A DNA stretch of 64,000 nucleotides from Octopus vulgaris (lineage: Eukaryota). The notes beneath the pieces were generated by a model. That model did not search any database. It saw nothing but the letters and a program-made list of their open reading frames with translations, and had not been told where the DNA came from. The position numbers and the translations under genes are program-made. Shown here one piece after another: positions 56,681 to 64,000 of this stretch (position 1 is the first letter of the stretch; every line of letters starts with the position of its first letter). The DNA lies in NCBI GenBank assembly GCA_951406725.2, contig OX597815.1, forward strand, positions 153,884,001 through 153,948,000, in the 5' to 3' direction.

Positions 56681-56783
56681 ATATGAATCTGGAGGATATC
56701 TGTTTGACTTATACAGCATCAAACAACATTATGAAGAGAAGTTGTGGCACGTGAAAGGAAAGCGTAACTTGAAACTGAACCAG
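56681..56783 (+). CDS. Gelsolin/villin-family exon D (G1-G2 linker, start of G2)
   Basis: tttcag acceptor, gtgaga donor. 1+102 nt completes the phase-2 codon. Encodes (T)YESGGYLFDLYSIKQHYEEKLWHVKGKRNLKLNQ (L-x-x-VKG-K/R-R motif). Confidence 0.9.
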
Positions 56784-57250
56784 GTGAGAAAAGACAGGTA
56801 AAATTTGACGTAAAACTATCAAGCAGAAACTGAATTTTATGAATAAATTAACAGCAAAGATTTTCACTGTAAAAATATTTGCGTTATGATTATTAATTTC
56901 AAATAAAAAGAAACAAGTTTAAATGGCGGTGTGCACCTATTGCTCTTCTATCTCTCAAACTGATGTGTATAATGTATATTTAACTACGTTTTTCTTTTTA
57001 TAAACATACATCTGTAGAAAAGAATCTCATCGAATATATATATTCTTCATAAAGTGAGGTCAAATGGGAAATTTCGAGGAAGCAGGAAGGATACGTGTGC
57101 ATTATATTTATGTATTTTATCATTCAGGATTATTCTGATGGCGTGTTTCCAGCTATTAATGACCAGGTACCGGAAATCCCTCTCCAGAGAGTGGTCCTTT
57201 TCATCAGTCTTGGGGGTTGGAGATAGATAAATAGAGAGAGAGAGAGAGAC

Positions 57251-57322
<72 letters not shown>

Positions 57323-57740
57323 TGTGTGTGTCGTGACGGGAATAAGCTTATATGTTGGCGACATCATATCTCATACAGGTTGTTCTCTCACGTGGAGAAC
57401 AGACATTGCAGCAAAAGGCATTATTATTACAAGGTAAACAAGTGTTCTGTTGACGCTGTTGTCGTACCAAAACGCTTAGAATAAATAGATACATAGACAC
57501 ATAGATAAATAAATAAATAAATAAATAAATAAAAAGTAAAACCTTCTCAGGTTTCATATCATTTTGGCCTCCAGTCATTTATGTCATAGATTTACATTAA
57601 TTCTATTTAGATCGACCATGACTTGAATTCACTGGGGACGTAAGCCTAAATGCCAGTAGGACAGTAAGAAATCTTATTGAGTATTTCAAAAATAGGTACT
57701 GTGAATAAGCTAGATATCATTATTAAATATACTTAAGAGT

Positions 57741-58010
57741 GAAGACGCGTGGTTTAACGGTTAGGATGTTCGGCTCATGATCGTGAGATCGTGAGTTCAA
57801 TTCCCGGTTACGCGTTGTGTCCTTAAGCAAGGCACCTTATTTCACGTTGCTATGTCACATTCTGTGTGTCGTTGAATATCTGTGAGAAGTACGTTAAGAG
57901 TTCACGTGTCTGTGGAATAGTCAGCCACTTCCACGTTAATTTCACAAGCAGGCTGTTCTGTTGATCGGATCAAGTGGAACCCTCGTCGTATAAGCGATGA
58001 AGTGCCAGCA
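57741..58010 (+). mobile_element. tRNA-derived SINE (second family)
   Basis: Box A TGGTTTAACGG and box B GTTCAATTC, followed by gtgtccttaagcaaggcac. A related body fragment lies at about 44020-44150. Confidence 0.7.
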
Positions 58011-58394
58011 GAAACCGATGAAGGACTGAACATATAAAAGAACGCAATAAATAAATTACGGTATATGGTATATATTACGACAGTAACTTAGTTTGAGCTC
58101 AAATTCAGCCCAAGTTGACTTTGCATTTTACTCCTCCAGGGTCGATAAAAATAAGTACCAGCCAAAAACTGCATTATTTCCAATGACATCAACCTCACCT
58201 AAATTTGTGGCCTTATCACAAAGCCACTATTAAATAAATGTAATTTGTGAAATATTTCTAATAAAACTTTCGTGGAGATTTTAAAAAGTAAACCAACAAT
58301 TATTTTTTTAACGTGAAAGTTATATTTCTCTCCGCATAATATATAACCATCTTTTGTGAATATGCAAAACTATTTAAGATTGATTTATTTTCAG

Positions 58395-58505
58395 TTACCG
58401 ATGGGATGGTGCAATGTGAATAACAATGATGTCTATATTCTTGACATTAAAGAATGTATGTTTATTTGGATAGGAAAAAGAGCGAACGTGTATGAAAAAA
58501 TAAAG
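58395..58505 (+). CDS. Gelsolin/villin-family exon E (G2)
   Basis: tttcag acceptor, gtgaga donor. Encodes LPMGWCNVNNNDVYILDIKECMFIWIGKRANVYEKIK, compared with gelsolin SWESFNNGDCFILD...W.G..SNRYERLK. 111 nt. Confidence 0.92.
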
Positions 58506-58859
58506 GTGAGATGAATTATTTATCTATCTCTGTGTTCGTCTGTTTTACCTCTTTCTACATACATGAATATCTACGTACATGCACACATACATTACATACA
58601 TACATAGTTGATAAGGAGATAAATGAATTAGAAAGGAATTACAATCCCTTACGTATATACACTCATACATACACACACACACATACATATATTAACATAT
58701 GTACTAACATATGTATCCCTTTTCCTCAGAGAGGAAATAAGACATTAGGAATAGTCAGTTGGATATAAGTAATTGTCTATAAATAGAGGCAGTGGTCATG
58801 CTGGAGCACCACCGTGATTTTGTACTTTTAGATATCAATCTTTGGCTGATTTCTTCACG

Positions 58860-59800
58860 GTCGTGAGAATTTTATATTAACGATACATTCCTGGATGTGT
58901 TTTTTCTCTTTTGGTGTACGGGGTAGTTTGGTGCTGCTGCCATCATCTGTATCTTATGCCGGGACAATTGGTTCATCTGGTATTGTAGATAGGAGCATGT
59001 CCAGTTTTTTTTTAATACATTCACGGTGTGTAGATTGCTTAATATTTTTGGTAGGGCATTGAAGAGATGTGGGCATTTGAACCTAAAGCTATTGCAGTAC
59101 TTGGTTCTGACCTTAGATGGGGAGGACGACACCTTTACTACGATAAAATGACGTCCATTTCGAGCATTTGTGTAACAGTGAAACACTCAATGCCGAAATT
59201 AGTTACTAGCACTTCCAGTATTTTCCATATGCAGATTATTATATATCTGTCATGTCCTTGCTCCAAGAGGCAAAGTCGTAGTTTTTTCAACATCTCCCTT
59301 TATTCAGCTGCTGCACTGTTACAATCCTTTTAGTGCAGTGACGTTAGGCCACTTCAAGCTCCGCTCTTAGTTTGACGCTATGTGATAATTACAGCCAGCT
59401 GAGAACAAAGGTCTTCCACTGGGTGAACGTGATCACTTGGTCTCTTGCCTTGAAGGACTTTAGTATCCATCCTGCCAGTTGTCTGCATTGTGTTGCCATC
59501 TTGGTAGTGTGGATATGAAACGATGGATCATTACACATACTGATCCCTAGGTCTCCCACTGTCTGGGATTACACTGCCTATATGTAAGTTGCGTTGCATT
59601 TGTGAGCTGATAGCGCAGTGCTAGAAATTTCCTAGCATTATGTACGTTGTTTTCTTCAGCTCACTTGTAAATTGCACTTAGGCACTGCTGTTACTCCAGG
59701 ACATTGTCAGAGATCTTTATTTCCTGTGATAGTTTTGTATCATCATCGTAGCTAGTCACTGTGGCTGTCTAAGTGATCGAGGGCATGTCTAAAAGAGCTA
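58860..59800 (-). mobile_element. CR1-group LINE RT 3' remnant
   Basis: Reverse frames give SYDDDTKL, DLGISMCNDPSFHIH...LAGWILKSFKARD and SFRFKCPHLFNALPKIL. Confidence 0.75.
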
Positions 59801-61094
59801 CTATACATGTTTATATAGTTTATATAAATACTTATATAAACACACACGTATATATAAATATATGTACGATTTTTTATGTGAATTCATATGTTAAAGCAAA
59901 TAGGTAGAGTTATACTGTCTTAATGCCTTATTATCTTACACACTCACCCTGTTGTTGACGTCATAGACGTTGGTGACGCTCATCTCCAAAATAGACCCAA
60001 CCGTAGAGTTCATCAAGGGTTGCCTTGGTTTTTGTCAGTGAACAAAACACAACTCAAGTCTAACGTCATTGCAGCCTCAAACTCCTGTCACGGGGCATTA
60101 AAGGAGGCAGTTGCATGTTTCTCGCACGGAAGCAATGGCCTCGAGGATGTGATTTCTGGTAGTTTTCGGTACATGAAGTCCGGAGGCAGTGAGGATATCT
60201 TTACTTCTTTGCCCAGGTTTCCCATGTAACTTACGGTCAATGTCCCTTAAATCCCTAGCGGTCACAGTCTTGGAGGTCCTACTCGTGCATTTTACTTCAA
60301 CCGAGTTTCATGGATACTCTTTTGTCAATACCTCGCCTGTAGAAATTCAGCCAATCTGTAATTAGATTTCACCAACCTGAAATATAAAGCATCAACATAT
60401 AATAAACAAAGCACAGTGAAAGGAAATTAATATGATAATACAGACCTTATGCCATAATGGATGTATAAATTATTTAGTAGACTAAGCTGTAGAACATTAC
60501 ACAGCAATATTTATTATGGTTGGAACAAGAAAAAACATGAAATGCCTCCTGATAAATTGCAGAGCTGTATTATTTTTTCAATAAAAACAAAACAAAAACA
60601 CACTATGATTTCATATTTATAAATATGTTGTAAAACAACTCAAACACTCCACAATATGCATCCCGCTATTAACAATATATTATAGAAAAAACAAAAATTA
60701 GAAATATTGTGTAAAATATTCACTACATCGAGCCGACGAGTGGAGTTATGAAATTCTCAAATTCAAAAGCAAACATGAAAAGTTGTAAATTTAATGATTA
60801 AGTGTTACATTAAATATACAACGTGTTTTAGCGGACTGATTAATACATTTATATGAAACTAGGAATATTAATGTTCCTAAATTCATAAAGATAAAAGAAA
60901 TAGGAAAAATCCATACTAAAAAGATTGTAAAAAACAAATTAGAACAAGTTGACTTTCGGCATAATAAATTATGTCATATTACACACACACACATATATTA
61001 TAAATATATAAATATATTATGTATGTATTCTTTAATTCATTTCAGCTATGTGGCTACGGTTATGCTGGAGTACTACAGTGATTTTGCATCTTTA

Positions 61095-61154
<60 letters not shown>

Positions 61155-61362
61155 TGTATGTATATTTTGTATATACATGTACACACACACACAAACACAC
61201 ACATATATATATATATATTGTAGATATATGTAGATATATTATGTATATACATGTATATATGTTTTATATATATATATATGTATATATATATACATACATA
61301 CACATACATGTGTATATATCTATCTATATTTATGTTATAGATATATTATATATATGTGGATG

Positions 61363-61404
<42 letters not shown>

Positions 61405-61614
61405 CATATATGTACGTACGTAAGCATGTATGTATGTTATTCTTTCTCTCTAACAATGTTATGAATAAAATAATATTTAATAATATATGTAAAATTCACA
61501 TCTTTTCTCTTATTCGTTTGGTTTATTTCTGCATCTGCAAACAGATCCACAACGCTTGCATGTTTAGTCTCTACAATTGAATTAGATAAGTATCTAAGTT
61601 TTTTTTCTTTCTAG

Positions 61615-61719
61615 GCCGCTCAGATAACTCAATATTTGAATACGCAACGTGTCAGCAAAGTTCAGGTTATCATTGTCAACGATGGAGAAGAAGGAAAACT
61701 GAAGAAAGATGAATTTCAG
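61615..61719 (+). CDS. Gelsolin/villin-family exon F (G2 helix/strand)
   Basis: tttctag acceptor, gtaagt donor. Encodes AAQITQYLNTQRVSKVQVIIVNDGEEGKLKKDEFQ. 105 nt, in frame with exon E. Confidence 0.85.
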
Positions 61720-61813
61720 GTAAGTTAGTGTCACCAGCTTAAGTTGTTAATACACTAAAATGTTGGTGGAATGATTGGAGGTTCGCATCTAGATAATATT
61801 GTAAGAGTATGTA

Positions 61814-61975
61814 GGCGCAGGAGTGGCTGTGTGGTAAGTAGCTCGCTAACCAACCACATGGTTCCGGGTTCAGTCCCACTGCGTGGCATCTTGGGCAAGT
61901 GTCTTCTGCTATAGCCCCGGGCCGACCAATGCCTTGTGAGTGGATTTGGTAGAGGGAAACTGAAAGAAGCCTCTC

Positions 61976-62045
<70 letters not shown>

Positions 62046-62226
62046 TTGTGTGTCTGTGTTTGTCCCCCTAGCATTGCTTGACAACCGATGCTGGTGTGTT
62101 TACGTCCCCGTCACTTAGCGTTTCGGCAAAAGAGACCGATAGAATAAGTCCCGGGGTCGATTTGCTCGACTAAAGGCGGTGCTCCAGCATGGCCTCAGTC
62201 AAATGACTGAAACAAGTAAAAGAGAA
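61814..62226 (+). mobile_element. tRNA-derived SINE, well preserved, about 95 nt after exon F
   Basis: ggcgcaggagTGGCTGTGTGGtaag...ggGTTCAGTCCcac, internal (TA)n(TG)n, tail tgactgaaacaagtaaaagag. Confidence 0.85.
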
Positions 62227-62439
62227 AGAGAATAGAGAAATGATGTAACTCTCGAATGTCCAGTCCTTTATTTGTAAACAACGTTCGAACAATGCAGGCT
62301 GTAGATGGTCACTAAAAGTGCCAAATAAAACAAACAAACAAACAAACAAAAAAGACAACTAATTATCCATTGATTTATGACCCTATTAGATAATGTATTC
62401 TTAGATTCCCTTGAACGAACGGTATGGTTATATTGTCAT

Positions 62440-62960
62440 AATTTTGACCACAGCTCTACCCGATCAGAGCCGAACTGGGAGTAAGCAAAATGTGCAACAA
62501 CAACAAAAACAACAACAGTTTTACTTTGTGAAGGCGAAGACTGTTACAAAGGAAGAAAGAAACGAACTACCACACCTGAACGAGGCACGAAATAGCGAAA
62601 GAAAGAGGCTACCAACTCTAAGAGGAACTGAAAGAGGAAAACTGTGTAAAGTATTGAAAAAGATGGACAGACTGTTCACAAAAATCTACATCGAACATAT
62701 AACAGATCTAAACGGCCTTATATACTGCGCAGCCGCTGTCACTGTGCAAATTCTTGATGTGAAAAGTCAAAGAAAAGCAATGGAAAAAGTTCCATGGTGG
62801 AATCGAAGGCTTGAGAACGAGAATAAACAGATCTAGAGAGATCTTGGACGGATAAATGCAATCATAGAAAGAAGGGCAAAGGTAAGACGGAGGAACGATA
62901 TGCAATAAAATACGTCAGACAGAAAGGACGACAAATAGTTAAAAAAGAACTAAAACAAAA
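62440..62960 (+). mobile_element. R4-like LINE pre-RT fragment
   Basis: RKRLPTLR...ITDLNGLIYCAAAV...PWWNRRLE...RDLGRI. Confidence 0.6.
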
Positions 62961-63121
62961 TAAAAATCAAGCTGTATATATGTATATATATATAGGTATT
63001 TTGAGTGTCTGTTTTACCATTTATTTTCCTGTTCTTATTGGATAGTATGGGAAGCATGTTTTGTTTTATATATCAATATTATTATTATTATTATATTATT
63101 ATAACTTTGTAGTTATGTATA

Positions 63122-63252
63122 TCCTCTGACGAGGCCTTTGGTTATTTAAACAGACAAATATAATCTTTAATGCCTAAGACAATACTACAATGGCATATAT
63201 GAGCAATTTAAGGTGTATTGCTCTTGACCATAGGCTGAAACAGCTGTAAGGA
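63122..63252 (+). ncRNA. Type I hammerhead ribozyme motif with an ~85-nt loop II
   Basis: UCCU CUGACGA GGCCUuUGGU...ACCAuAGGCU GAAA CAGCUG UA AGGA. A related 3' half (ggcuGAAAcagcugUA) is on the minus strand at about 46865-46890. Confidence 0.85.
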
Positions 63253-63594
63253 GCAGTTTATTTGTATTACTTTTATTTTATTATTAACTTGCATATTGAT
63301 GTATATTGTTTTGTTCGATTTTCATGTTTCTATTTGTATAATTAATAAATAATATGAAATTGTAATATCCGTAAGTTGGTGATCGAAATGAATTTGTTCC
63401 TCCATTTTCTTATTTGTATTATGAATTTACGGTAAAATATTTTTTACCTTCACCCATTCAATACAACAAATGATTTAATTGCATTGCAATTATAAGCATT
63501 TATGTATTTAGTTTCTGGGTACTTCACCAGCAGTATATTGGATAACTTATATCCCATAGTGGGTTACCCTCATAACCCCTATCTTACTTTGTAC

Positions 63595-63652
<58 letters not shown>

Positions 63653-64000
63653 ATATATATAGGATGTACATTTTTTATGCAGCTTTTCAACAGATATTTA
63701 CCATTAGCAATGAAGAATCTTGGCAAACATGAACAAATATCTGATGACTCTGAAAATGAAAATTTCGAAAAAGCTTTGCGGTTGTATATGTGAGTAAAGA
63801 CTTTATTTATTTGTCCATTCAATGTATTGACAGTTGAAACGAATTCTCAAACATGTCATAGCTATTTTTAAAACGATTTAGCTACCTGAATGTCTTTCGA
63901 TGTCAATGCTGTAATCGTCTTGCGAATAAGTAATAAAAATTTACCATAAGTGAGAATTAAGTTATGGAACAAAAACAACAACAAAACAACAACAACAACA

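Overview
This is AT-rich, microsatellite-dense animal genomic DNA. The SINE types and repeat landscape suggest an octopus or other coleoid cephalopod (inference). The window lies almost wholly inside one + strand gelsolin/villin-family gene. Six short GT-AG exons (2696-2764, 32858-32923, 42064-42191, 56681-56783, 58395-58505, 61615-61719) splice in frame into 194 aa covering most of gelsolin domains G1 and G2, and the gene runs off both ends of the window. The introns are packed with transposon remnants: Penelope-like elements, mariner, Tc1, hAT-like, Helitron, a solo LTR, L1/Tx1, CR1-group, RTE, R4/Dong-like LINEs and tRNA-SINEs. The main hidden signal is 18 minimal type I hammerhead ribozyme (HHR) motifs from many unrelated sequence families, found by eye. 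Fourteen have an intact CUGANGA...GAAA...UH core, four have core variants, and one of those shows a reciprocal G3-C8 swap. They have short palindromic or near-palindromic stem III, usually sit next to (TA)n tracts, and are often inside 100-500 bp fold-back inverted repeats. Almost all listed six-frame ORFs are microsatellite or palindrome artefacts.
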